DNA of 64,000 nt. It comes from Squalus acanthias (taxonomy: Eukaryota). The notes beneath the pieces were generated by a model, which was given only the letters and a program-made list of their open reading frames with translations, did no database searches and was not told the DNA's origin. Position 1 is the first letter of the stretch. Each line of letters begins with the position of its first letter. A program made the translations under genes and the position numbers. Positions 10,959 through 23,096 of this stretch are shown in pieces. Where the stretch lies: positions 165,294,001 to 165,358,000 of the forward strand of contig CM059425.1 in the NCBI GenBank assembly GCA_030390025.1, in the 5' to 3' direction.

Positions 10959-13316
10959 AATGACACCTCCTTCAGTGGTCCGGTTCCTTCTCCTTGGCCT
11001 TCTGCTGCTTGCTGAGACAGCTGCAGAACCAGCAATGCTGAGAATGAGGTTCTGCAGCATGATTGAACCTCCCCTTTAAGAACTGGAAAGAGCCTGTGGC
11101 AATGATGACTAGCGATTAGACTGCACCTGAAATTGCTTAGCGCTTTGAGTCTTTAACACCACTGAGCGAGGTCATTAGCGCTTGATTTAACTCCAGTCCG
11201 TTCTTTGAGCGCTAACACTTAATTTAGCGTGCAGTGAGATTCATTAGCGCCTGGCGCTAAATCTCAAACATTTCAGAAGTTAGCGCCCATTCCTGGGCTA
11301 TAATGAATTTCTCCCCCTATGTCTGCAGACCAGACGATATGTGAAGGAGGAGCCAGAAACTTACAGGTACAATCTCTTAGTGCGGCAGAGGTGCGTTGTG
11401 TGGCGTTGGCAATTTGGCTGTTGTTTTGCCAACAGCCACGGGCACAACATTTTACTTCCACTTTGTCCTATTGCAGGCCTTCAGCGCATAACTTCACACC
11501 CCTATTTGGAGCAAACATTAAATCCAAATTGGCAGGCCTTCCTGGTACTTGCCCAGCCCATGTAAATGAACTGAAACGAGAACAACAGCTGGATTCAACA
11601 GAGGTCAAGTCAGGCGTATGTAAAAAGACTGTGTGTTATGCTGCCGCAGGCCACAGTATGTCTGTATTTCAATGAATGAATAACTGAGTTGGGGGAGAAA
11701 GAATCATGGACAAAGCATGGTATTAGCCCATATCCTAGAGGAGGCCCTTGATTACCTACAGGCCCACAATCTACAGAGTCTTATGCTTGCTGCACACCCT
11801 CCCATCTCCAGTTGCTGGCACCTGTTATATATGACATCTCCTACAAGTACAGAGAAATGGGATGTAGTTTAAAATAAGGATTATGAGAAAATATGTGCCT
11901 TCCTTATGTGAGTTTCCGAACCTGCAGCATGTTGGCATGCATCTTGCTACATTTCATGGGTCACAGAGAAAAATGTATTGGCATGACAGCAATACAAAGT
12001 AGGCAGCAAAAACATGGGCATGCCTGTGTATTTGGGAAGTAGGTATTGACAGAGTGATGGTCATTCTTTCCTTGTGACACTGTAGCAAGCTTACAGTATT
12101 AAATAAACATGGATTGTAAAGCAACATTGTTGTTGTTGCATAGTTATTGTAATTCCATCATGCTACTATGTTTTTATTTTAATTGCATTTTGCCTCTTAT
12201 GAGAAAAATGATTTGCACATTAACCCAATTGAACAGATATATTTACTACCATACCAACAGTGGAACATTGTGCACTATGGTACTCAAGATAATTATTCAA
12301 ATGTGCTTCATTCTCACTACTAAAAATCATCTATTGCTCACTAAGATCAACATCTGGCATCTGTGGGTAATTTCCCAAGTTCTCACTTCTGCCCAGCAGG
12401 CTCCCCGCTGGGATCGCAAACTTGGAAAATTGTGCCTGTAGTGTTAGTTTTGCTCGTATAAAATTTCTTCCAAGATTTTACAGTTTGACGCATTGAAAAA
12501 AAGCTGTAAATTTAAATCGATTTGATCTACAGTATATTTATTTCTCTGTAAAAGTGTAAATGAGCAGCACGGTAAATGAATGAGAATTTATAGATAGAAA
12601 AAATTAAATAGAACGTTAAACAGATTTTCTTGGTGGGCTCTGACGAAAGATCCCGGGGTAGAGTTTCCGCTTTGCGCCCATAATGAGCATGAAATTGTGC
12701 TAGTTCGGTTACAGTTCAAGTTTCCACTAAAATTCATTTGCATAATCACAAACATAAATTCGTCCATGAACCAGCATGAATGGGCATGATAATAGAACAT
12801 AATTGTTTCTTTTATTTTTCTTTCCATTAACAAGTATTCCCTGACGTATTTAAGAGTGGCAACCTGAGCAGTTTTATTAAAATAGCTGAAAATGGCTTTA
12901 TCACCAAATATAAGCATTTTTAATAAGGGTGTCCAGTTCTCCACCTGTGAGTAACCTGATTTAAAATGACTTAAAAAAACATTTAATAGTTTCATTGGTG
13001 TACACTAGTCAGTTTCTTAGTAAATTAAGTATTTTTTTATATGAAAAACTTTTAATACGTGCCTATTAGTGCCTGTGAACCTAAGAAAATGAGCATAATT
13101 TGAAGTGCCTTCCCGAACCAGCGCAATCAGCGGAATCTCGTCATTTCAACCTGGGGGTGGGGCCTGATTCGAGCAAATTGAATCTTGAACCAGCGTAAAA
13201 GATCGCGCCAAACATGAACATAAGTGGTTTTGGGTGTAACTCATTTAAGTTTAAAATTCTCCGATCTTTTGATTTGGCCGATTCTGCCCGGATTACACTG
13301 ATATTACGAGCATTAC

Positions 13317-13615
13317 TTTCGGATGAGACGTCTGCCCTCTCAGGTGGATGTAAAAGATCCCACGGCACTATTTCAAAGAAGAGCAGGGGAGTTCTCCCCG
13401 GTATCCTGACCAATATTTATCCCTCAGCCAACATCACTAAAAAAACAGTCATTATTGCATTGCTGTTTGTGGAGCTTGCTGTGCGCAAATTGGCTGCTGC
13501 ATTTCCTACATTACAACAGTGACTACACTTCAAAAAGTACTTAATTGGCTGTAAAGCGCTTTGGGATGTCCTGAGGTCATGAAAGGTGCTATATAAATGC
13601 AAGCCTTTCTTTCTT
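13317..13615 (+). mobile_element. DeuSINE, 5'-truncated
   Basis: Homologous to 1180-1490; ends GGTGCTATATAAATGCAAGCCTTTCTTTCTT. Confidence 0.8.
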
Positions 13616-13984
13616 AAATGAGCAGGAACTCGACCCCGCGTCCTTTTAGGATGAACCAAGTGGTATAAGATTCAATCTTACAATTAGTAATAAGTATTTT
13701 GTTAATCAGATTTGACATTGCTTGTAATGTTTGGGAATGTTTGTGCATGCTTGAGAAATTTAAATGTAACACTATATTTTGATAATTTCTTGTCGCCTTT
13801 TTTATTACTCTTTTTTGAGTAGAGGATTGCCTTTATATATTTTTAAAGTGTTCTTGTTGATTGCAATTACCTATTTGCAGGAATGGGAATCTTGAAATTA
13901 CATTAGATAACACCAGCATGTTAGACCTCCAACATCAATTTCACCATTGAAAATGGCTCACTTGGACTGAGGCAGTGAATAAAT

Positions 13985-14085
13985 GGCTGAGCCATACAAA
14001 CCAGGAAGGTCCTATGTTCAGTTTCCTCCCTAGGTCTGTGCAGAGTTAGCTGATCCTAGCTGCAGCACCAGTAGGGCCACTCCAT
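13985..14085 (+). mobile_element. Old SINE-like repeat fragment
   Basis: GAGCCATACAAACCAGGAAGGTCC...GTCTGTGCAGAGTTAGCTGATC; similar segments at ~57990-58050 (+) and ~60975-61050 (-). Confidence 0.4.
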
Positions 14086-14196
14086 GTAGACTATTGAAAC
14101 TTTAAACAAGTATAGAAAAGCATCCAAAATGTGTAGAATTGCAGCAACAGCCAGAAGAAATAATCCAGCAACTAACCTGCAAGTAGTTGATGATTC

Positions 14197-14332
14197 ATCA
14201 AGGGGTATGGGGAGAGAGCGGGAATATGGTATTGAGATAGAGGATCAGCCATGATCATATAGAATGGCGGAGCAGGCTCGAAGGGCCGAATGGCCTACTC
14301 CTGCTCCTATTTTTCTATATTCTATGTTTTCT
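14197..14332 (+). mobile_element. CR1 3' UTR fragment
   Basis: GATCAGCCATGATC...GGCTCGAAGGGCCGAATGGCCTACTCCTGCTCCTAT, as in the other CR1 ends in this window. Confidence 0.85.
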
Positions 14333-14886
14333 ATTCCTTTAAATAGCGGTGGTGAGGGGTCCTTCATGCCGTTGAACACGTGTTCAGCTGTGCGAGGTTA
14401 AGAGAGGGTGCAGGCTGCAGCATAGAGCTCCAAAATGGCAGCGCTAGCATCAAATCAGCATTACACGCTGATTGACGTTATGATCTGCCTGCTCTGCATA
14501 CTGCCGGCGGGCATTAGGTGCGCGCGAGGGAGAAATTTGGGAGCACCCATTTTTGGGTCCATATGCAAAAGGCCTAACGCCTGCTTCAGATGTGGGTAAA
14601 GAACACTACGGCCGCGATTTTATCATTGGTGGCGGGGTGGGTGCGGGTCAGGTGGTTGGCGGGTCCCGGTCCCGCCTCCGCTTTCAGCCGGTAAAAAATT
14701 GTGATTTTGCCCTAATTGGGCAATCGAGTCCCTGCGTGTGCGCTCCCCTGGCCAATTACTGTTTTAGGTCTGGAACTCGCCTCTGCTGACGTCTGTGAGC
14801 CAGCTGCATTTAAGGGGCAAATGCAGCCTTGGTTCATTCTCTTATTTTTTGCTTCTGGATTGTCTACTCTGCTGACTACTGCTGAC

Positions 14887-16822
14887 ATGGCAACCTCAAG
14901 GGTGAAGGCCTCACCACGATTTGCTGATGACTCCCTCCGTGCTCTTGTGGAGGGAGTCAGAGGTGAAAAGGAGGTACTCTTCCCATCCTCTGGGAGGAAG
15001 AAGCCACCACAGCAGACCAAAGCTGTGTGGCTGCAAATTGCACAGGAGGTCAGCTGGAGATTGATGTGCATTCGAACCTGCGTGCAGTGCCAAAAAAGGT
15101 TCAATGACCTGGTCCGCTCAGGGAAAGTGTGTATAACATCACCATTACCGTCAATCTGCTCCCCATCTCCTCTCATCACCAGCACTCTGCATTCTCAACC
15201 TACTCCTCCATATCCTACTTTACCCTTACATCCCTTGCACCCTTAACCATCCCTTTCTCTATGTACACAATCACTTCACTATTCGACTATGCTGCCCTCA
15301 CACTCGCTATCACTGTTATGCAATGCCAACAACTAATAACGCACAGGGAGGGCCCTTGGTATTGGCACCTCACTCCATCTTTGTCTCCTTCTAAGCATCT
15401 ATGCTATGGCTTCTCTACACTCACTCCATCATTCTCACTCAAACTCCACTTGTCTCCCTCATTGCAGGAAAAGAGAGCCCACAATAAGAGGGAGAGGGCT
15501 AGGACAGGAGGAGGGCCACCTTCAATTGCCCATTTGACCAATGCTGAGGAGGCTGCCCTCGAAATAATCGGAGGTGATGAGGATCTGGAAGTGAGGGACG
15601 GTCAGGCGGGCGCAGCAGAGCAAGCTGGTGACAGAATAGATTTGCATCTCTCTCATTTACATTGCATCAGTGACATATGGCATCTGATGCGCATACAGAT
15701 TGACTTATGATGATCTGCACTATTCCATGTGTATGCTACGTTAATATCACATGTGTAACTTTACTCCCCAACAGGACAATCAACAGCCCCCCTCCCCACA
15801 GAGCCGGAGCCAGAGGACTCCTCAGAGGAACCTGCAACCTCTGAGGGCACAGCGTCAGCAGAATTCAGCGCACCCAGCACCAGCGCAGCTATGCACACCT
15901 AAGTGGGACCTTCGCGAGATAGAGTAGTGTTGTCACCTGGTGTATCACAGCTCACAAGTGAGCATCAGCAGATGGTGGAGACAAGGACAGCAGTGGAGAG
16001 TCCTCGTCGGAGGGCGCAGGGCGCTCCTAGCTCTGCTCAGCTGTTGTGGACCCTGTGCCTTCGGATCCATCCAGAAAGAGAGCAGTGCTGGAACTCCAGG
16101 AACAAATGCAGGAGTCTCTGGCAGGTTTGGTCTCCAGGGTTACTGTGAGTGTGGAGAGGATGGAGGAGTCTATGTCTAACATGAGCAGTGCCTTTGTGGA
16201 GGCAATGGCGCATGAACGCACCAACACAGATAGGATGGCAACCTCCGTGGAAAGGATGGCTACCTCTGTGGAAAGGATGGCTACGATCATGGAGGAAATA
16301 AGTCGCCAGGGTCAGGAAAACATGGTGAATGTTCAGAATAGACTGACATCTCTGGAGGAGCGATGGGCAGCTATTGAGCAGAGAAACCAGAGCTTCATAG
16401 GAGTCCTTTTGAGTAGGACTGCCAGTGCAGAGACGGGTCCCCATGGGCCCCCTGATGTGCAGCAAGGTGCTGTCAAGCCACTTGCTAGCACTGAAGTGGG
16501 GCTGACCCATGAGAGGGATGTTGGTGGCAGGCAACAAGGAAGTGGGGGCTCCTCTCCAAGTGCTCACACTCGCATGCCACTGAGTAGCCCTCGGTCCCAC
16601 CAGAGTCCTCACCCAAATGAGATGGGCGTCTCAGCCCCTGCACAGATGCAGGAAGAGCAGACTGTTGCCGAGCCCTCACAGGCTCGCAAACCCAGAGGAC
16701 ACCCGCCAAAGATGTCGAAGCAGGAGCAGCATGAAAGTGAGCAAGGTGCCTCCACATCTGCTGAAGCCACAGGGGAGGCACCACGTAGAAGCACGCGTAA
16801 GAGGAAGATAAAGCACAATTAG
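14887..16822 (+). pseudogene. Harbinger Myb/SANT-like gene, 3 exons (14887-15126, 15468-15627, 15775-16822); premature TAA at 15900 and a frameshift near 16040
   Basis: SPRFADDSLRALVEGV...WLQIAQEV...QCQKRFNDLVRSGK|gt; exon 2 EKRAHNKRERARTGGG; coiled-coil region; basic tail RRSTRKRK. Confidence 0.85.
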
Positions 16823-17097
16823 TCACAAGGGTAGTCACTTGGGTGTTCTGTTCTGTTGTCTTTTGTTTACTTTAATATTTGACATTGTCATCCTTTTGTG
16901 AATGGATTAAACAGAAGTGATGGCAAACAGTTGGAGTTCTGGCCTATGTGATCTCGGAAATGGAAGTTCCACATTGAGGGCTCAGGGCGACTTGCATTTG
17001 TGATGATGGTGGTGAGAGTGATAGGAACCCACAGGTTCTTGTACATTGTGTATGGTGTGTTAAGAAGGTGCCAGCCACATTTGTTTGATTCATCTAC

Positions 17098-19301
17098 TTA
17101 AGCGAATCTGGCAAAGATTAGTGCATCCCTTGCATCACGGGCAGCAATGTGCTTGCGTGCTGCTGGAACTGGAGCATCCGCCTCTGCAAGGTCTTCCTCC
17201 TCCTCCTCTTCATCTGAGGAGGCTATGCGCTGAGCCACTTGTTCCTCAGGCAGCTGCAAGCCATGATGCTGTGTGATGTTGTGCAGTGCACAGCAGACCA
17301 TTATGATTCTGGAGGCCCTGGCTGCTGAATACTGTAGGGATCCACCTGATCTGTCAAGGCATCTGAATCGCATCTTCAGCAAGCCGATGGTTTGCTCGAT
17401 AATGGATCTGGTCAAAATGTGGCTGGCATTGTAGCACTCTTCAGCTTTGTTTGATGGCCTCCTCAATGGCGTCATCAGCCACGTCTTCAGGGGATAGCCC
17501 TTGTCTCCAAGTAGCCACCCGGAAAGTTGGTTTGGCGGATTGAAGAGCAGAGGCACACTAGACTGCCGCAGGATGAACGAGTCATGACAACTGCCAGGGT
17601 ACTTTGCGCAAACATGCAAAATGTCCTTCCTGTGGTTACACACTAGCTGCACGTTGAGGGATCGGTGCTAGGACCCCAGCTATTCACAATATATATAAAT
17701 GATCTAGACGAGGGAACTAGATGTAATATCTCCAAGTTTGCAGATGACACAAAGCTGGGTGGGCGTGTGTGCTGTGAGGAGGATGCAGAGAAACTCCAGG
17801 ATGATTTGGACAGATGCATGACAGGTTGGGTGATTGGGCAGATGCATGGCAAATGCAGTATAATGTGGATAAATGTGAGGTTATCCACTTTGGTAGCAAA
17901 AACAGGAAGACAGATTATTATCTGAACGGCAATAGATTGGGAAAAGGGGAAGTGCAACGAGACCTGGGTGTCCTTGTGCACCAGTCGCTGAAGGTAAGCA
18001 TGCAGGTGCAGCAGGCGGTTAAGAAGGCAAATGGTATGTTGGCCTTCATAGTGAGTGGATTTGAGTACAGGAGCAAGGATGTCTTGCTGCAGTTGTACAG
18101 GGCCTTGGTGAGACCACACCTTGAGTATTGTGTGCAGTTTTGGTCACCTTATCTGAGGAAGGATGTTCTTGCCATGGAGAGAGTGCAGCGACGATTCACC
18201 AGACTGATACCTGGGATGGCAGGAATGACGTATGAGGAGAGATTGGGTCGATTAGGCTTATATTCGCTAGAGTTTAGAAGAATGAGAGGGGATCTCATTG
18301 AAACTTATAAAATTCAAACAGGACTAGACAGACTAGATGCAGGAAGGATGTTCCCGATGGCGGGGGAGTCCAGAACCAGGGGTCACAGTCTAAGGATAAG
18401 GGGTAAGCCATTTAGGACTGAGATGAGGAGGAATTTCTTCACCCAGAGAGTGGTGAACCTGTGGAATTCTCTACCACAGAAGGCAATTGAGGCCAATTCA
18501 TTAAATATATTCAAGAAGGAGTTAGATATATTTCTTAAGGCTAAAGGGATCAAGGGATATGGGGAGAAAGCAGGGACAGGGTACTGAATTTGGATGATCA
18601 GCCATGATCTCATTAAATGGCGGAACAGGCTCGAGGGGCAGAATGGCCTACTCCTGCTCCTATCTTCTATGTTTCTAAGCCCTTGCGGTTGACAAAAACA
18701 GCTGGGTTGTGATGGGGTGCCCTAAGGGCCACATGTGTGCAGTCTACGATGCCCTGCACCCTTGGCAAGCCTGCCATATTTGCAAAGCCAACCGCATGCG
18801 CGGTTACACTTGCTTGATCCGTCGAGAAGTGTATATAATTGTGCGCCTTGGCAAAGAGGGCATCGGTGACCTGCGTGATGCAAGTGTGTGCGGCCGACTG
18901 GAAGATGCCGCTGATGTCTGCTGATGAGCCCTGGAAGGACACTGAAGCAAAAAAATTGAGGGCGGTGGTGACTTTGACAACCACTGGTAAGGGGTGTCCA
19001 CCCGCTCCTCTGGGCTCCAGATGTTGGTGCAGCATTGCGCAGATGTCAGCCTCCTTTGGCACTGCTGTTCAGTTATGTTGAGGAAGGTCATCCTCGGCCT
19101 GTAAACCCTGTGTTGGGGGTATTTCCTGCGGCGACGTGCATCCCTGCGCTGATGCCTTCTGCCCTGTGCACCATCAGGTGGCTGAGCAGGAGGTTGGCGC
19201 TCCTGCTGTTGGTGCTGCTGTTGTGCCTGTTTCTGCTGCTGCCGCGGCTGCTCATCCTCCAAATCTGAGGACCAGGATGGAAGGAAATAAATGGTTCCCA
19301 T
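17098..19301 (-). pseudogene. Harbinger DDE transposase, interrupted by CR1 and frameshifted near 19050
   Basis: GIVDCTHVAL...NRKG [CR1 insert] SLNVQLVC...GDKGY...[17 protein letters not shown]...CCALHN. Confidence 0.92.
17658..18676 (+). mobile_element. 5'-truncated CR1 LINE inside the B1 transposase
   Basis: GSVLGPQLF...KFADDTK RT motif through to the 3' tail; GGGA microhomology at the 5' junction; no TSD. Confidence 0.93.
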
Positions 19302-20209
19302 TTCGCTGGTAGATATCTCAGTTGAGGAAGCGCTCAGTCAATGTGGGGAGAGGGTTTTCCCTGGAGGTCACAAGACCTGAAAAAACAAAGTTCTGCCACC
19401 TGCAACTGATCTTTGTTGAGAGCTCTGTTTTTATGCTGGAGCTGCAGCTGTCAAGAAGGCAGCCACTTGTGAACCTGACACAATTAGCTGGCGTGGTTTG
19501 GGAACGGCATGGAACACGCAGAAAAAGTGGTAAAATGTAAAACGACTGTCAAAATGGCATTATCCAGGCAGTTATCAAACAGTTAACTGCCTTAAGTGCC
19601 TATCCCGCCGCTTGGTGGCGGGACCGAACGGGAGTCTGTGAGCCCGCCTTTGGCAAAGTTGCACGGAGGCGGGTTGACGGGGAGATCAGAACCCGCCGTC
19701 ATTTTTTTCAATTTTACCACCTGACCCACCTCCAAACCCGCCCCCTGAGGGCCGGCAAAATCGCGGCCTTCTTGTTTGTCCTTATCCAATATGGCGGATG
19801 GCGTACTTCCGGTCGGAAGTGTGTGCATGCTTCCTGCCTGCCATTTTGGGGCCTTAGGATGCTGCATAACGCCTGTAAAATGCCCCTTTAAACCCTCCTC
19901 CAGTCTTCTTTATAACTTTGTTTATGTCCTTTTTACCATCAGGAATAATCCACTATTATTCCACATGTTATTATTCCTTTAAATGTTGTTGTATGGTGCA
20001 ATGCGGAAGAGCTACTGTTCACTTAATAGGACTTGCATGTATAGGTTTTAATAATGCAGCTTACTGTTCACATCCCTTTGGGAATACTGCCACCAAATTG
20101 TTTTGTTTAATGAAATTGCTTCCTATAATTTAATGATCAATGTAGGAGTTAGAATTATTATGTTGTTTTGTTGTGGTTTTGCAGTCAATCCCAATTTTGT
20201 TCTATACAG

Positions 20210-20228
20210 CTTATCATTGTCTATAAAG
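20210..20228 (+). CDS. Candidate 19-nt micro-exon (LIIVYKG) of the host gene
   Basis: tatacag|CTTATCATTGTCTATAAAG|gtttgt; phase 0 to 1 bridges exon 6966-7069 and exon 20400 exactly. Confidence 0.35.
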
Positions 20229-20399
20229 GTTTGTTGTGAACCAGAGATTTAAAAACATTCAACTACATACCTGTTCATGTCAAAGTTGTAGCTGATTTAT
20301 GTTTTTTTTTTCTTGGTGACAATTTCTCTCACTGTTCCACTTGGGTAGGAATGACTGCTCTAATTTAAACATATGTTGCTATTTTTCTTCTTCTTAAAG

Positions 20400-20698
20400 G
20401 TGCTGAGGCTCTATCCAGATTTGGGAAAGAATTCTTCCTTTCCTTGGAATACTATCTCAAAGATTGCGCAGAACAACGAGACTCATTGATCAGTGAACTT
20501 GAAACTTTGAAGGAAGAGTTCAGTCATGCCCTAGAAACTCTTCAAAATCTGAGAAAAGAGACGATGGAGAAAAGAACTGATGGTGGACATTCATCACAAT
20601 GTGCCTCCCAGTCGGAAAGGCCAGATGGAAAAGTAAAAGTAGATGAGGCTGCTAGCACACCACGAGATGAGGCAGCAAGGGAAGAGCTTAACAGCTGA
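20400..20698 (+). CDS. Probable terminal coding exon of an unidentified coiled-coil protein
   Basis: Pyrimidine-rich acceptor ttttcttcttcttaaag; open frame (G)AEALSRFGKEFFLSLEYYLKDCAEQRDSLISELETLKEEFSHALETLQNLRKE with heptad periodicity; AATAAA at 20981. Confidence 0.6.
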
Positions 20699-21649
20699 AA
20701 CAACTACCATTACAACAGCTTCTTCTCTACAACACCGATCTGGGATACTGAGGATATCTAACTCCACCAACAAGAGCATAAATACAGCTTTAGATTCACA
20801 AGATGATCCTTCTAAGCAGTGCAACTCTGAGATACACATCGGTCAAAGAAGAGCCAAACCAGTCCAGAAAAGCAAGACCAAAATGATACAACAAAGACCA
20901 CCTTGGCAGGACTAGGCAATAGATCGCCTGCACCATAGCACACTGGTATTTGGAAATTAGTAACAGTTCATGAGTAAAAAAATAAAATCAAGAGCCCTGG
21001 GTTAATGGCTTACTGGAATGTCTCCCTGGGCAGCAAGTGTACTGGGGCTTCCTCAGGAAATGGAGAGCACTTAGAAACTTGTTTTCTGATGTCATTCAGG
21101 GTTCATATCTATTTTTATAATTCTGGTATTTTCATCATTTTTGTACTACTCTACAAAAGCCACAAATGTGAACAAGAGTTCTTGTATCTTTTATACAGTA
21201 AATCTTTGCATTCAGTGTTCAAACGTCTATCCACAAAATAAGTGTAAGTTTTATTTCATATCACCATTAATACTTGGATTCTGGCAGACTGAGGATTGTT
21301 GCAAATGTTAGAATTATTTTGTATTCTCTTGTGAATGTATAGATTTTACATAAAATCAGGATCTATTTTGTGTGTATTGTTAATATTCTGCACCACAATT
21401 ATACAAAAACCATTTGAGAAGAGTGATTTGAAATAGAAATGCACATGATTTTTTTTTGATTTATAGCACAAACGTGTATTGATTATAGTGGTTTTGGTAT
21501 GAAATTTCCAGAATATGAAATATTAATTCAAAATGTGAAACTATTATAACGTTAATGTAAAAGCTCAAAGAATTTTTGTATAAATTGTAGGCCAATTATT
21601 ATAACAAATGCAAAGGATATTAATAGTACAGTCACCGTTTCCTATCAAG

Positions 21650-22365
21650 CACAAATATTTGCGGGCGGATGCCTCCTACCTGTAAAAAATCTACGCATTT
21701 ACCTGGTGGCCCGAGAGATATGGAGGCTTGCGATCCTGGGCCTCTCCGGGTACGCACGGGCAGAGGCCCACGTATCCCAGGGGCGCATGCGGTTCACGTG
21801 GGCCGGCCCAACCAATAAAAGAAGGGAATCCGCATTCATACTTATGGGAGTTCCGTACGTACGGAACGCCCATAAGTATGAATGGAGATCACTTAATAAA
21901 TACAAGAACACACAAAATATATATTTTTTTAAATTACATATTTAAAATTAATTAAAATGCCATTAAATATTTTTAAACAAAAATAAAAAAATTTGAAAAA
22001 AATGTATGTTTTAACGAGGCTAAAAATAAACTTACCTTATTGGACAGGGTTTTAATGTATAAATGAGTTATAAAATTTTATTTTTCTATTTTTTAAAACT
22101 CTTATGCTGGTAAAAGCAGGCCTTATGCCTGCTTTTGCCAGGCGTAAGAAGTTCACAGGCATTGAGCGGGCGGAAGTTATGCAACTCTCCACCTGCAGAG
22201 GCCCATCTCCCGGGGATGCGGAGAATCTGTCACAAAGATTCTTTACAGATGGCAAGTTCCGGGTTTTAGCGCATGCGCTTCGCATGTTTAAACCCAGCAC
22301 TTGCGCAGCCCCTGCGGGCGCATACACACCTTGTACGCACCTGTAGGGGTCACAAAATACGGCCC
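21650..22365. mobile_element. Non-autonomous Harbinger-type MITE, left end eroded
   Basis: Collinear with 40726-41402 (GC-rich ends, AT-rich core, shared hairpin); right end CACAAAATACGGCCC. Confidence 0.7.
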
Positions 22366-22723
22366 ATTGTTTCTTCCTAAAGTCTGCCCTGCAGTTTATG
22401 CCAATGTTCATAAATCAATGGCCCGGATTATGCATTGAGAATAACGGTGAAGCTAAAAGCGTTATTATGGAGTGAATTGGACAGCAACTTCTGGAGTCTG
22501 CACACATGCAGCGAAACGCGGAAATTCGGAAGTTGCTGTCCGAATTACCCTGCTCCTCCACAAGCTGCGCTGTAACAGAATCTCGCCAATAGACTCGGCA
22601 TTGAAATCCATGTAAGGGCGTGAAGTTGCTGTACTTACCCACTAGTTACCCACTAAACATGTCAGTTAAAAAGTTAGGGTTGGTGCATTCAGGTGTAAGT
22701 GAATTTTTAAACCACGTGATAAG

Positions 22724-22841
22724 CAAAGTTCCCTTTAAGCTGTGCGGCCGCGCGCTTTGCCTCTCTCTGGAGATGAGAAAAACCTCGCATGTGCGGTATT
22801 TTGATGGGCTGCACACCCAAAAAAAATTAATGGGAACATTG
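22724..22841. mobile_element. 118-bp hAT-type MITE
   Basis: TIR CAAAGTTCCCTTTAA / TTAATGGGAACATTG; 8-bp TSD GTGATAAG / GTGATGAG. Confidence 0.75.
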
Positions 22842-23096
22842 GTGATGAGTCATAATTACTGCCAAACAACCTCTCTGGCACTGAAAGTTTAATTTTATAA
22901 GTGTGGAGTTTCATTCCTTCAGAATTTAAATAGTATTCGAGATTTATTTTTTAATTAATTTTTTTAAACTTTTTCTTTGTCTCTTTTATCTCTCTCTTAA
23001 TTCCATCTTTCTTTCCCTCTCTTAATTTCACTTTCTGTACAGGATTTAAATCTAATTTATACTTCCTGGTTTATACTTCACTGTTTAGACTCTGCA

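Larger units (their letters stand above)
7251..11317. mobile_element. PIF/Harbinger DNA transposon, family A (copy A1)
   Basis: 14-bp TIR GGGGGAGAAATTCA / TGAATTTCTCCCCC, TAT TSD (7248-7250, 11318-11320), convergent transposase and Myb/SANT genes. Confidence 0.95.
14610..19768. mobile_element. PIF/Harbinger DNA transposon, family B (copy B1), carrying a CR1 insertion
   Basis: 12-bp TIR GGCCGCGATTTT / AAAATCGCGGCC, flanking triplets TAC and TTC (TSD with one mismatch), convergent Myb/SANT (+) and transposase (-) genes. Confidence 0.92.

Noticed and set aside
11400..13300. Further DNA-transposon relics (e.g. GGGGTAGAGTTTCC at ~12655)
   Set aside because: Probably repeats, but no paired TIR or TSD could be fixed by eye.
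13881..13919. Additional host exon (tttgcag|GAATGGG...)
   Set aside because: Weak donor, and the phase required by exon 6966-7069 gives a stop after four codons; not supportable without transcripts.
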